A stretch of DNA of 64,000 nucleotides, from positions 47,554,001 to 47,618,000 of the forward strand of contig NC_043004.1 of the NCBI RefSeq assembly GCF_006345805.1, written 5' to 3'. The stretch's first letter is position 1; every line of letters begins with the position of its first letter. Below, in pieces: positions 13,543-28,974 of the stretch. A program made the position numbers and the translations under genes. The DNA is from Octopus sinensis. Taxonomy: Eukaryota. Below the pieces are notes generated by a model. That model did not search any database. It was not told the DNA's origin and saw nothing but the letters and a program-made list of their open reading frames with translations.

Positions 13543-13847
13543 AAAATAAATCAAAGACTTAGATTTTCGGGCATAATATTTACAAACTCACTATTTTCTA
13601 ACCTAGAGTGAATGAATTCTTTCCAGAATTTTCTATTAAAAAATTTTATTGGATTTGCAGGTGAAAAGTCAGAATTTTCAGTAATTTTCCCGGAATTTAG
13701 AGAGTAATGATGCGTGAAAATAAAATGCAGAACACGCACATGTATTCTCTCAAACACATACACACACACACACACACGCACACACACACATACACACACA
13801 GGCATTCATGCTTATACATACATATATATATGTTTATATATATATAT

Positions 13848-14095
13848 CTTCCATGGGTATAAGTAAGTATTTCATTTATTCCTTTGCCGCATTTATCACT
13901 GATGAAGAGAAGGTTCTTATGAATTAACTCTGAAATCGGCTCCGATATGGTAATAACGGATGTTTTTAGAAATTTCTGTCGGCTTCCTTCGAGACGAGTA
14001 CTTATAGTGATAAATTATATAGTTATTGACGAAGTGTCTATTTTCGGCATATTTGGCATTAGAAATTTCTTTCTTTTGTCCTTGTTTATAAGTTG
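13848..14095 (+). mobile_element. Short HHR-bearing repeat (family H1), probable PLE pLTR-derived non-autonomous element
   Basis: Homologous to 28975-29275 (-), 29870-30015 (-) and 49255-49435 (+). Contains the hammerhead at 13893-13953. Confidence 0.75.
13893..13953 (+). ncRNA. Type I hammerhead ribozyme, apparently intact
   Basis: TTATCA-CTGATGA-AGAG(18-nt loop)CTCT-GAA-ATCGG ct CCGAT-A/TGGTAA. All three stems pair; AUA cleavage triplet. Confidence 0.85.
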
Positions 14096-14097
14096 TT

Positions 14098-14153
<56 letters not shown>

Positions 14154-15373
14154 ATATATATATATGTTTGTATGTATATATGTATATATTTGTGTGTATG
14201 CGTACGCACAAATAGACACATATTCTCCACTCGGCAATTAGAAACCACATAGGAATCATATAACGGTGTCATTATAAAGGATGTGTCTAAGCAAACACAG
14301 TAATAAATAAAAGCTTATGGTAGATCATTAGCAGGTCACTTGAGATCGCTGCAGGAAAATGGAACTCAATACAACACTTTCGTGGTCGCCAACTAATCTG
14401 GAAATACTCAAAATTTTGTGTGGAAATAGGGATTTTGGTCATCTTGTAGAATATAAATCAAGGCAAATCAAAGGAATATGTGGCCATCCATTAATATGTA
14501 TATAAGAACATTAAATATCTATGTCTACATTTAGAGATATGTTTCCACTTCATTCAAATATGCGTCGCTAAAACATATAACTTTCATACCTGCGGCTTCG
14601 AAATTGGTAGCAGAAGGCACCAACTGGAAAGTAACAACATCCCATCATACAGTGTAACTTGGAATCATGTTTCATTTTCTGGATGCACACACACCCCAGG
14701 TTTGACGTTACTGCTTAGACTCCAGAGCACTTCAGCCACTTTGACAATATCTTGCATTCTTATACAAATTCAGTTTTCATTTCTCTCTTTCTTGCTACTG
14801 TGCATATTATGAATAAACGAGAGAGTGAGTCTGATATGCACGCTTTTCTATGTCTTATCTTGCTGCAGTGGCTTGGATAATCCGCACATATGCAAAAATG
14901 AAATAATTCCATTTACGTAGTCTCTGAATTACGGAGAGTATAAAATAATTGGGAACAGACACAGTTTTTAACCTCCTATCGCGGGATTACACGATTTGTT
15001 GAAGAACTGCCCAATCAGACTTGAATTCTATCGCTTGTAGGTGACTGAAAACTCTAGGGCCAATTTCATAGTTTGGGAGCCTGTAAGAACAGTATTGTCG
15101 TGAATAGTTATGTCCCTCTAGTCTTCTGTACGGGTGCATCCCCTGTTCTGGTGCAGTGAAATTGGTGACATTGTTTCATTTATCACCATTACACGTACAT
15201 TTCCCTCATCTTATATCGTCTTTATTCATTTCTCGTTTTTACCTGTTATTTTTGGCAGTCCCTAAGTCAGCGTCAAAAGTCGATGGAAGAATTATCAATA
15301 ATATATTGGATTACAATGTTTTGTAAACTCGATCCATGGTATATTTAGTATATCAAGGCGAGATTTGTTTGTC

Positions 15374-15600
15374 AAGGCGAGTTAGCAGAATCGTTAGCAC
15401 TCCGGGCAAAATGCTAAGCGGTATTTCGTCTGCCGTTACGTTCTGAGTTCAAATTCCGCCGAGGTCAACTTTGCCTTTCATCCTTTCGGGGTCGATAAAT
15501 TAAGTACCAGTTACGCACTGGGGTCGATGTAATCGACTTAATCCGTTTGTCTGTATTTGTCCTCTCTGTGTTTAGCCCCTTGTGGGTTGTAAAGAAATAG
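15374..15600 (+). mobile_element. tRNA-derived SINE (family B)
   Basis: GGCGAGTTAGCAGAATCGTTAGCA head, GAGTTCAAATTCC B box, GCCTTTCATCCTTTCGGGGTCGATAAATTAAGTACC body. Confidence 0.88.
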
Positions 15601-16644
15601 GTATATTTAGTATCTCAAAAGCTGCGTAGTTCGCTTTTCTTGGGTTGATTTCTGCCTTTTTATTTTATTCGACGGGCTTTTAACCTATGCTATTATCTAT
15701 ATCTGAATTTGCTTTGAGATACATCGTTAATGTAGACTTATATACGTGTAATATTACACACAATTTTAAATCTTTTACTTAATTACACACAAAATGTAAT
15801 TTCTCCAACAACAAGATTTATGTTCAACTGTTTTATTCTACAAAGAAATTGACTTATATTTCGTCATTGTATTCCCATTAACAACGTGAAATTCGCTACT
15901 TTCCTAATCTTCTCTAATCTTTGACATTATAAAATGTGTCTTTATATTACACAATTTATACTGCATCAAATTATATAGCACCACAGTCATCAAAGTATCA
16001 AAGCTGCTTACAGAATAATGCAGCTTAGTAGAGATAATTATTATTACTTACTTTCCGAATTTAATGCTACCAGCACAAAATAATCCACGAGACAGAAAAG
16101 AACGCTTCCTCGTGAAAACTCAAAATTTTAAGGACATAAAAGAATCATTAAATCTCCTTTAAATCTTACTCTACAATATAACTCAAAAGATACACTGGAG
16201 ATTGTAAACTTATATATTCTACACATGAAAGGGAAAGATAGACAATGCGATGGTCACAACTGGAATTCTCCAATATTTGGAAACGTTTGCTAATGGTTAG
16301 TCTTGCGTTGAGCAGAAAGATCAGAGAAATATTCATGCAAAATTACTCTTTTAAACGCAGTAGTGGTGCTTGGAGTGGTCCACGCAACCCTAAATAACTG
16401 GTTCTGTTATACGCGAATCATTATTTACAATATCCATTGGAGAATGAAATGTTTGTATCTACGGTAAATGAGTTATGTAGGAAATTCATGGAAATTCATC
16501 CCCTTCTTCTTCCAATGCAGACCGCGCGAATAGAGGTAAAATTCCTGAAATTTTACTTCAGCTTCCAAATGAGTGTTGTTAACGTGTGTTTTAGTCTGAA
16601 CGAAGAAAGCGGAGTGATGAGGCTGGTCGTCAACCGAATCTTCA

Positions 16645-16762
16645 ATGAAGAAGAAGAAGAAGAAGAGGAGGAGAAGAAGAAGAAGAAGAAGAACAACAAC
16701 AACAACAATGAGAGGAAGAAGACGAAGAAGAAGAAGAAGAAGAGGAGGAAGGAGAGGAAGAA

Positions 16763-16793
<31 letters not shown>

Positions 16794-16955
16794 GAGAAGA
16801 AGAAGAGGAAGAAGGAAGAGGAAGGAGAGGAAGAAGAGGAAGAGGAAGAAGAAGAAGAAGAAGAAGAAGAAGGAGAAAGAGGAGGAAGAGAATAATAAGA
16901 AGAAGAAGAAGAAAAAGAAGAAGAAAAGAAGAAGAAGAAGAAGAAGAAGAAGAAG

Positions 16956-16986
<31 letters not shown>

Positions 16987-17010
16987 GGAAGAAGTGGAGG
17001 AAAAAGAGGA
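16645..17010. repeat. (GAA)n/(GAG)n purine-rich trinucleotide tract
   Basis: Direct reading. Confidence 0.95.
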
Positions 17011-17191
17011 AGATTATGACAGCAGTAATGAAGACGTCGATGATGATGGTAATAAGTTTATTGCGATAAGATGACTGGATAATGAGTTATTTAGCAGGAC
17101 ATCTCAGGTTCTTGTTACTTCGGGCGCTATTGTGGCTGCTGTTATTCTTCTACTAGCAGTAGCAATTGCTGTTGTAGCTGTTATTGTTTTT

Positions 17192-17545
17192 GTGGAGGCG
17201 CAATGGCCCAGTCATTAGGGCAGCGGACTCGCGGTCGTTGGATCGCGGTTTCGATTCCCAGACCGGGCGTTGTGAGTGTTTATTGAGCGAAAACACCTAA
17301 AGCTCCACGCTGTACTCTTTCACCACAACTTTCTCTCACTCTTACTTCCTGTTTCTGTTGTACCTGTATTTCAAAGGGCCGGCCTTGTCACTCTCTGTGT
17401 CACGCTGAATATCCCCGAGAACTACGTTAAGGGTACACGTGTCTGTGGAGTGCTCAGCCACTTACACGTTAATTTCACGAGCAGGCTGTTCCATTGATTC
17501 GGATCAACCGGAACCCTCGCCGTCGTAACCGACGGAGTGCTTCCC
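17192..17545 (+). mobile_element. tRNA-derived SINE (family D)
   Basis: GGCGCAATGGCCCAGTCATTAGGGCAGCGGACT head, GGTTTCGATTCCC B box, and tail CACGAGCAGGCTGTTCC...CGTCGTAACCGACGGAGTGC shared with 33921-34233. Confidence 0.85.
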
Positions 17546-17942
17546 ATATTGTTTTTATTCCTGTTGTAGTTGTCACTGCTCTCGTTGTTGTCGTTGATGT
17601 AGGGTTAGGGTTAGATTTAGGGTGGGCTACAGTAGGTGGAAAGATTTATGTGAGTTTATCCACGTGGTTAATTATGATGCGATATGAAATAGAAACTCGG
17701 TTCAACCTGTTTTGAATTTCTCTCCCAAAGTAGTTGCTAAAAAACCCGAACCTGCTCTCCTGGCAATAAGATTTAAACACCAGGAACGGTTGTTACCAGT
17801 TTGAGAAACGTGAATCTTGCCCTGATGGGAATGTTGATCTCGCTGACGGATCGGTTGTGATTACTTTAGGTGTGTTGTGTCAGTATTGAGACATGTCTTC
17901 GCTTTTCTGCTGTTGTCGTTGGGGTGGGGGTGGACTACTATT

Positions 17943-18446
<504 letters not shown>

Positions 18447-18984
18447 ATTTCTTGACCATTATTACTTTTTTATTAGTTATTTATTTGTTGGCTTATTAAC
18501 TAGCTTCTTAATATGCTTTTGCGTACAACAGCAAATAAATTTAAGCAAGATAGATTATTTTATGAGAGTAGATAAAAAGTAGGCGAGGATATGCGTGTAC
18601 GTTATAATATTGGATTCGAGTTCTGGCACAGGTCCAGCAATTTCGGAAAGGGGTTAAGCCGACTGCGTCGACCCCAGTGTTCAACTGGTACACACTTTAT
18701 CGACCCCGTTATGAAAAACAAAGTTGACTTCGCTGGAGTTTGAACTGAGTACTTTAAACATTTTGCACGTGATACTAACAATTCTGCCAATTTTCCACCG
18801 TATAGAATGCATGTTATAACATTGGTAGAAGAACAGCAATTTTGGGCGATCAAGTAAGTCAATTACACTGATACCAGTGCTCAACTGGTGCTTATTTTAT
18901 CAACCCCGAATAATGAACTGCAAAGTCGTTCTTGGTAGAATTTGAACTCAGAACATATATGTATATAAATATATATGTATATAT

Positions 18985-19882
18985 ACTAGCCTAAGGTGAC
19001 CCGCTCTACGCGCGGGTAAGAGTGTGGTTGTTACTTTCTGTTGCTTCCTTCCTGTTTTTTATCACCACATTCTCCCTCTTTGTTTCTCTCTCCTTTCTCT
19101 CTCACTTTCCCACTCTCTTACTTTTCCTTTCTCTCGGACTCTCCCTCGCTTTCTCTTACTCTCTATCTATCTCTCCCATTTATAAACAACAAGAATCTTG
19201 AGTAAGTTGAGAAGAAAATATTTTGAAACATCAATCATAAATATCAGGCAGTGACAACGGAAAGGGCTGCTTCAAGGCAGACAGCAAAACACTAACATTT
19301 AAAAGGGACAGACGAACTTGCAAGCTGAATAATAATTTTAAAAACTATTAGAAACCAAAGTTTGAAGGGATAGAATCTGAAGATAGTAGAGTCACCATGG
19401 CTGGCATTTCTTAACGACGGACAGCAACGTAGTGGCAGTTTAACGGCTGGCGTAAAATTTTGAACTTGATGTAAAAGAAAATTCCTACACACCAAGTTTT
19501 GAAGTGATTCTTTCTCACGACAGGCGACTCACCAATGCAAGCATTCAAAACTTCATCATGGACGGCAACACATTGAAGATTTAAAGGCTGACGAAAATTG
19601 TTTAGCTTGCTATAACAGAGGATTCCTAAACACCCGCTCCTGTAAATTTTAATCCCGTTCCAGCCCCATTTAGACCTCTTTTCACATTTTGGTTAATATA
19701 ACCCGATTTCATTCAGGTCCACATTTTATAAGATGAAGAATTTAGTCCTAGAGGTCACGGCTTTCATTTGAGGGGGAAAATAGTTGCCATGCAAACCCGC
19801 CAGCACTTTTAACATAGGTGTGCATATTTTCAGCTCAACCGACCACATAATACACACGTTATATATACGCATTTTATATATA
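18985..19882 (+). mobile_element. Helentron-associated/DINE-1-like element
   Basis: ACTAG start followed by an ACCCGC...GCGGGT hairpin, an internal CT-rich tract, and an end at ...CACACG...ATTTTATATATA. Confidence 0.55.
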
Positions 19883-19883
19883 C

Positions 19884-19986
<103 letters not shown>

Positions 19987-20222
19987 CTAACAATATGGGA
20001 TGAAGTCCCTTTCTCTACAGAAAAGGAATCCATCAGGAAGCGTGGCAGTATATTAAAAAAACCGTTACGGTTGAAGTATAAACATCATATAATTAAGGGC
20101 TAAAGAGGGTTATTCTAATTTTTATTTTTAGCTATAAGTGATGTACTTCAGTGTAGTTATGTTTTTAGCTTGTGCTTTTTCCATGATTAGACGTGAGTAT
20201 TTTATTTATATCCCATCGAAAG

Positions 20223-20284
20223 CTCTACTGAAGAAAGAATATATCTTTTATAAGATTAATTCCGAAATTGATTCAATATAGAGA
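20223..20284 (+). ncRNA. Type I hammerhead-like motif (orphan)
   Basis: CTCTA-CTGAAGA-[aa GAAT...ATCTT/AAGAT...ATTC c]-GAA-ATTGA t TCAAT-A/TAGAG. Stems I and III are perfect; the base of stem II is mismatched. Confidence 0.65.
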
Positions 20285-20359
20285 TAACGAAATTTAAATT
20301 TTCTAATGTGGATTATAAGTGGATAAATCAGTGTATTGGCTTTAGCCCTTAATTATATG

Positions 20360-20393
<34 letters not shown>

Positions 20394-21019
20394 CATGTGT
20401 GTGTGTGTGTGTGTGTGTACGCATAATATATACAAATGTATACAAATTATATATATATATACATGTATATATATATACATATATATATATTTATATATAT
20501 ATATATATAAATACAGATATATACACTTTGTATATATATATATATATAACACACACATATATAAATTAATATTTGTTGTTATGATTATGTGGTTGTGGCG
20601 GCGATAATAAAACTCTCTATGAATGCAGACAGACATACAGAGAGAGAGGGAGGAAGCCCGGGTGTGGGAAGGGACAGCGCTGTCGAAGGCAGCGGGGGAA
20701 AGATAGTAGTATCTGACAAACGTCGTTATAGAGAGAAAGTGATGGGAAGGGAGGAAACAGAGAGAGACGGAGGAAGACATGCAGATAAGAGAATGAGAGG
20801 AGACTTGTCAAAGTGTGCGTTTTTTTCCCTAGTAACAACACCTTTTAAGATAGGGATTTCTAACCAAGCCCTCTCGCATCTTCGCCTCATTTTACATGTC
20901 CCTGTAAATTTTGGAGTCAATCCGACGGGATCTAGTACCCTTTAACCCGTTACAATGCCAAAACCAGACAAACAAACTTTTCGCGTTTCAGATTTATAGA
21001 TATTTATATTTATATATAT

Positions 21020-21089
<70 letters not shown>

Positions 21090-21828
21090 GTCTAAGGGTA
21101 TTTATATATTTATATTTATATATACATATGTGTGTGTGTGTGTGAGTGTGTGTGTGTGTGTATAAACTCGTACAGGTAATTGAAGTAGCATTACATTCAA
21201 AAAGCCATTTATATATAATAAATAATAATCGTCCAGACAGTGGTTGTTAGCGATATTGAAAGATATATACATCGCTCTGACATATATTGCATTTTTAATG
21301 CACCGCACCTATCAGATATTTTATCTCAGACGTAGACCACATTGTCTTGCCTGTCAGCGGTACATATACGATAAGTATGATACATGGAGCATTAGTTTAA
21401 TTTAATGCTGTTTCAGCTGTTTCCACCAAGATTCTTGTTGGGTATGCATATGGTAGCAAGACGGCTGAACTTCTTCAGGCGTTCTCGTTAGCTGCTACTG
21501 GGCAGAATTGTTCCTCCCTGCCCCAATATAAATTGTTTTTTTTTACACACTACGTCTATAAGAGGTTATACCTGAGAAGAAAACTATAGTATTTTGCCTG
21601 CCGACGTTGTATAAGCGTTAAGTATGTAATATATAACCTACAGGAATACTGTTACATTTCTTCACAACTCTTGAAGTTTTTCAAATTTTTACCAGACTAT
21701 TTTCTAAAAACGTATTTCTGATGCTGTACTGCATGCTGCTGACAAAAATCGCATTTAAGTTTTATTTGTGTCAGCCATTACATTGTGGCCATTCGAATAA
21801 TTCGAACAATACATATATATATATATAT

Positions 21829-22060
21829 ATTTCTTTACTACCCACAAGGGGCTAAACACAGAGGGGACAAACAAGGACAGACAAAGGGATTAAGTCGACT
21901 ACATCGACCCCAGTGCGTAACTGGAACTTAATTTATCGACCCCGAAAGGATGAAAGGCAAAGTCGACCTCGGCGGAATTTGAACTCGGAACGTAACGACA
22001 GACGAAATACGACTACGAATTTCGGCCGGCGTGCTAACGTTTCTACCAGCTCGCCGCCTT
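21829..22060 (-). mobile_element. tRNA-derived SINE (family B)
   Basis: Reverse complement of the family B consensus seen at 15374 and 59189. Confidence 0.88.
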
Positions 22061-23284
<1,224 letters not shown>

Positions 23285-23329
23285 GATAGATTGTATTTTA
23301 ATTATATTTGACCGGCTGTCCCTTTCATT

Positions 23330-23700
23330 GTTATTTACTTCTCATATCTCAATGAAATAATGAGTTAGCATACACATATATTACCATATATGGCTTAAGT
23401 TCCGCATCGCTAAATGCCCTGATATATGTATAGGCTAATTCCCATCTACAAGTAGCAGCGATAAACATTATCACTTGGAACTTGTCACTAATATACGATT
23501 CTGCTTTATAAATTTCTTACTTAATCTTTCTATGTTTGTATCGATGTCTTGGACAAGTTCCATGTCTATCGTTTTGTATGCTTTCTAACATCTTCTTTTC
23601 GCTATTGTACATCTCGATTATGTCCCTTTCATTGTATCTAGAGAGTTGCATATGATGAATGAAATTTTGTATGAGCTTCTTTAGCAGACAATTTTGGCTC
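23330..23700 (-). mobile_element. Possible highly decayed PLE GIY-YIG endonuclease remnant
   Basis: Minus-strand fragments KISFIICNSL, EIYKAE and TYIRAFSDAELK resemble PLE linker/GIY-YIG motifs. Many stops. Confidence 0.3.
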
Positions 23701-24485
23701 AGATGGGATACGTTCTTTATTACCCACAGAAATACTAAATAATATCAAAACTCCGCTATGATTACCTGAATAAATTAATAGAGATTTAGTAAGAGTCAGG
23801 TTCTACTGTCGATGTTGCCAGTTGTTCTTCTCCACCAGCTCAACATTAAATTCTAACCCGGTGTCTGTATTGGTATTACTCGTATATACATAGATATTAG
23901 TAGGTATGTTTCTCTAACTATAACGGACAATTAGTAAGACACCGCTACCGCCATCTTTCTCGGATACTTGTGTCTTGGCACTGCTATATACATGGCTGGA
24001 CACGAGTACATGCGTGTGTGTGAATGAGATGTGTGTGTATGTGTGTGCGCGTATGCGTGTGTGTGAGCATGTCTGTGCATGTATGGATGTATGTATATAT
24101 GCGTCTGTGTTTTACGAACCCACTTGTCTGACACAAGCACACATACACGCGTGCACCTGAGCTTTGTATACAACAATGTCATTGTTATTATTGATATAGA
24201 CAACAGCACGTTTTCTCTCTACGTATTCTCAATAATAATTTATGATTATGCTAGTAATCACTTCTACAATGCCCTATGTATTGGTTCTCAAATATAGAAA
24301 ATGGTCGTGACCAATCGACTGTTTTAAATGCGTAGTTATTCCTGTGTCAGATACCTGAAAATATATTAATAATATATCCATAAATGATATATGTGTTTGA
24401 ATGTACAAACGACAGTGATAAACAGTACAGAAAACATGTACTAAATTATATTCATCTACTAGGAGCTGAAGTGGCGATTTAATTC

Positions 24486-24549
<64 letters not shown>

Positions 24550-24880
24550 CCTGTTCCATTCATCGTACCTATCGACATTCCAACACATTTGGATTTTAGT
24601 CAGTGTCAAAACCAGGAATACAAACACACAATAATGACTCTCCATATGTGTGTATGAGTGTGTACATACACACACATATACACACGTATATATATATATA
24701 CAAACACATATATATATACACATACACGTGTATATATGTATATATATATACATGTGTATGTGTATATATAGATAGATAGATAGATAGATAGACAGATAGA
24801 TAGATGAAAATATAACATGTGTATTATGTGTATATATAACATATTTGTGTGTGTAGCGTATAACGTGTATATGTATACAT

Positions 24881-24920
<40 letters not shown>

Positions 24921-25634
24921 GTTTGTGTATATATGTATGTGTGTGTGCACATATATTGCGTCAGATAAGAAGGAAAGAAATATGAAATAAAAACCGTGCT
25001 ATGTACACAAAGAGACGTAATTTAAAGTCTGTAGGCGTGTTGTCAACATATTTTGTATATTCCATTGACTCCATAAATGTCAAGATGCGTTATAAATAAT
25101 TGATGATGCTTTCTTTGTTCATCTAACTTTAATATCATGTATTTCTTAAACCTGCAACAAAGAGACTACTTGTGTGTTTCGATGGCTGTCCGTTCTGGCT
25201 GTTGAATTCTCAAGTATTCAAAAGTGCCTGTTTGTAACAAAACATAGATAATCTATGAAGAAAACTACGATAAATCATACAGTATCTTATCTAGCAATTT
25301 TCTTAATGAATACTCGCTAGCTTTCTCTTGAGAAAGTGTGAAATGATATATTGGTTAGAACAACAATATACATCCACAAACACACACACACAATCACAGA
25401 CACACACACATACATACACACACATATATATATATATATATTTATATACAGACATTCATACATATATACATCCATAGGAACATAAATGCGTGCACACATC
25501 CACGCGCGCACACATACATGTATTTATAAATATGTATATTCATAGAATAAATTTAAGTTTTTGTCTATAAGTGAGGATATATATATATATAGATATATAT
25601 ATATTATATATAAGTGTGTATATGTGTGTGCATA

Positions 25635-25712
<78 letters not shown>

Positions 25713-26469
25713 AAGTATATGCATATATAGAGACTGTATGTTTATGTATATGTAGAGAGAAGGTGAGGGAAACATACAAGTATTTGGTGTCTGTACAAAA
25801 TATTATATGTTTGTTCTTATATATGAATGAATCTGGGTGTGCATATGTATGTGTGTGTTTGCGTGTGTGTGTGTGTTTGTGTGTGCGAGTGTGAGTGAGT
25901 GTGTTTTTGTATGGCTATGTACATTTCTATAAATATTTGTGTTTCCACGTATACATATTTTTGTAGCTGCAGCCTTGTATGTGCACACTGCGGCTATGAC
26001 AATAGTTCCAAAAGTTTCTAGGTAGTTGTATTCTGACATGGCAATATAACGAAAGCTTACATATCAAGAGTAAGCTGTTAACTAGTAGCATTTCAGAAAA
26101 TTAACTTTAATCGGTGATTCTCCTATCTTTTATTGGTCGTAACCCAGTCTATACAATGTAAAAGAAAGCAGGGATTAGACAGCCAAGCAAGATAAACTGA
26201 TTCATACAAAATCATGTAATGTGGTTTTTAAGTATTCTAAAACAACTTTTCCTAAGATAGAATTATACATAACAATTCAAGGGGTGCGCGAATGTAGGAA
26301 AGTATATATTTTATTCAAATCCTTTGTAAGAATGAAATTATAAATTAACGCTTGGAGTAACGCTATTCTATTAAGTTCATCAAGGAATTTAGTATTCTAT
26401 ATACTTACATCTAATTCTTAAAATGTAGTTCACAGCATCATACGAATACCACTTGTTGAAAATAGAACG

Positions 26470-26553
26470 AAAAATAGTAGGTTCTGAAGTCTATTTTCAG
26501 AGTCTTTTGACAAAAATAGTAGGTTCTGAAGTCTATTTTCAGAGTCTTTTGAC
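26470..26553 (+). repeat. Perfect 42-bp direct tandem duplication
   Basis: AAAAATAGTAGGTTCTGAAGTCTATTTTCAGAGTCTTTTGAC twice. Confidence 0.95.
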
Positions 26554-28136
26554 AGAAATATATCTTATATATTGTCAATTCGCATGTATCTTGTGACAGA
26601 ATATTTCAATGTACCTCAGAATATCATAAATTAAATATCTTTGAAAAGGTATGTCAAGTTTCTTTAGTATTCTATAGGATGTTCTCTAAATAAAATTTCT
26701 AGTGTGATATAAACATCAAAGATGCTTTGTCACACGCAGGCCTCCATCCTGACGGTGACGAAGGCTATCAAAGTTATGGAAACCCTTCCGTATCTTAATT
26801 GCATCAATGTCACAATTATTTCACTTTTATCTTGACACAAGTTCTCGATATTTTATAAACAAGTTCTCTATATTTTAGCTCAAATCTTTCGTTCACAGTA
26901 CTGTATGTGGTTCAAATTCTATTTTAATATTAAATGAGTTATTAGGTGTCGGACGTTTACACCACCAAATATATTATATTTGAAACTGTTAAAAACATGA
27001 ACCAAGCATATTCTAGGACAGAGAGGTACAATGATAGCTGGGACCATTTGATTTAAGATAAGGTCAGTACTGGTCAGTAATTTTTTGGTGAATACGATTG
27101 CAACAGTAGAAGTTTAGAAGAAAGAGAAGTACTTCAGTTTTGCTACACATAATTATATCAGATAAAGTACCACATGTTATAAGTGCAAAGAAAATTACGA
27201 TATCCATTATTTGCATTTGTAGATTGAGTTACTCAGTAGGTTTTTCATTTCTCAAAACATAAGTTATTGACTTCGTTATTACTTTATACTATCTCACTAA
27301 GTTTCTTAAAATCAGTATTCTTATGAATGGAATGGCTTACTTAGCATCAAACTGTGCCAGAGTTCAATAAGATACAAACAATATTCCAAATGATCAATTT
27401 CAGAGATACTTCTGCAATGATTGTAACTGGCTAACTGGTAATTCACACAATTTAGCGCTAGGTTATTCATACAATTCACAAGTCTTCTGAAAGTGCCACT
27501 GAGTAGAATATATTCAACCGTTTTACTCATTCATATTTAAAATCCTCAACAGACAAACGCAATTACACGCAGCAACACATCCTCACATACACATCCAGAT
27601 ACACACATCAGTGTGAGCATTTCCCCATATACACATGCATGAATGCACATGGATGTAAATGCATGCATGTGTGTATGCGTCTATGCATATGTGTGTGTGT
27701 GTGTATGTGTGTGTGTGTACATTTTATTTTGTAGGTTAACCTGGGCACTATTAATATCATAAGAGATATTTCTTAGCAACTACACATACATATGCACACG
27801 CGCAAAGACAAACACACACACACACACATAAATATATATATTAACCAGTTCCATTATAGATACGATCAACAAAAAAATTTACTCCATCCGTTGAGAGATT
27901 ACTGTGATTTAATCTACGTAATTACAAAAGAGTTACTAAAAGTTCCGTCTCTTAAGATTCATTAAATTGACACATTATCACATGTCATATATCATCAACC
28001 AATCTTTCAGGAATAGTTTATAAGTGAGACTCAAAAATTGCTTGAGGGTATATGGCATGTTACATAAAGCTGTAAAAACGTAATGTATCCTTAAGTACGA
28101 ATGTATTCGTAGCTGTTCTAAAATTACTCCATATAT

Positions 28137-28202
<66 letters not shown>

Positions 28203-28221
28203 ATATATATATAGATATATA

Positions 28222-28261
<40 letters not shown>

Positions 28262-28392
28262 TAATGCTATACGAATGTATTAGTTTCCAGTAAAAGATAG
28301 CCCATAAGGGTAAAATTTTACACATAAAAGTAGATAAATGCTATTTTCCAGTAAATATTGGTGTCTTGTACCATTTATCTATTTTTATATGC

Positions 28393-28440
<48 letters not shown>

Positions 28441-28655
28441 TTATATTATATACATGACAACGAATGCGAGACAGTTCACCAAAAAGTTAACAAGGAATTG
28501 TTATTTAAATCTTCCCACCTAAGTTAACAACGGACTTACTAGACCTACGAGCAAAAGTGTAAAATTTATATTATAAAATATTCTAAAATAGTAAATCATA
28601 GTTATTACAAGTACGACCGAAGTCATTCTTTTTTGGTTTTTCAAATATACCTAAC

Positions 28656-28763
28656 TGCATTGCTTCGGCAATAAATATACTAAAATTGGAACGATTCAGA
28701 GAAGATTAGTATGGCCCCTGCGCAAGGATGATACGCAAATTTATGAAGCGTTCCATATTTTTT
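28656..28763 (+). pseudogene. U6: U6 snRNA retropseudogene (full length)
   Basis: Near-colinear match to U6: TGCTTCGGCA..ATATACTAAAATTGGAACGAT(T)CAGAGAAGATTAG(T)ATGGCCCCTGCGCAAGGATGA(T)ACGCAAAT...GAAGCGTTCCATATTTTTT. The ACAGAGA box and AGC triad are mutated, and there is no obvious upstream TATA/PSE. Confidence 0.92.
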
Positions 28764-28824
28764 AATGGCGGTGCCCCAGCATGGCCACAGCTCGTGAGCT
28801 GAAACTAGATAAAAAGAAATGAAA
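28764..28824 (+). mobile_element. SINE/LINE-type 3' tail fused to U6
   Basis: GGCGGTGCCCCAGCATGGCCACAG...CTGAAACTAGA closely resembles the family C SINE tail, with hairpin CAGCTC-GT-GAGCTG. Confidence 0.8.
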
Positions 28825-28974
28825 TTACATGTACCAAGATTCTCACACATTTTCCAATATATATATACATTTACATACATAAATATAATATATAATGTAT
28901 GTATAATGTATATATATAATATATATCATATAATATACACAGTATAATGTACATAACTAATGTACGATAATTTT

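Noticed and set aside
14960-15160. 63-codon minus-strand open frame with weak CR1-like GxHPY and FKS motifs
   Set aside because: Similarity is too weak to call by eye as either an exon or a LINE remnant.
26745-26795. ACGG-TGACGA...GAAA...CCGT hammerhead-like arrangement
   Set aside because: C3 is missing and stems II and III do not pair.
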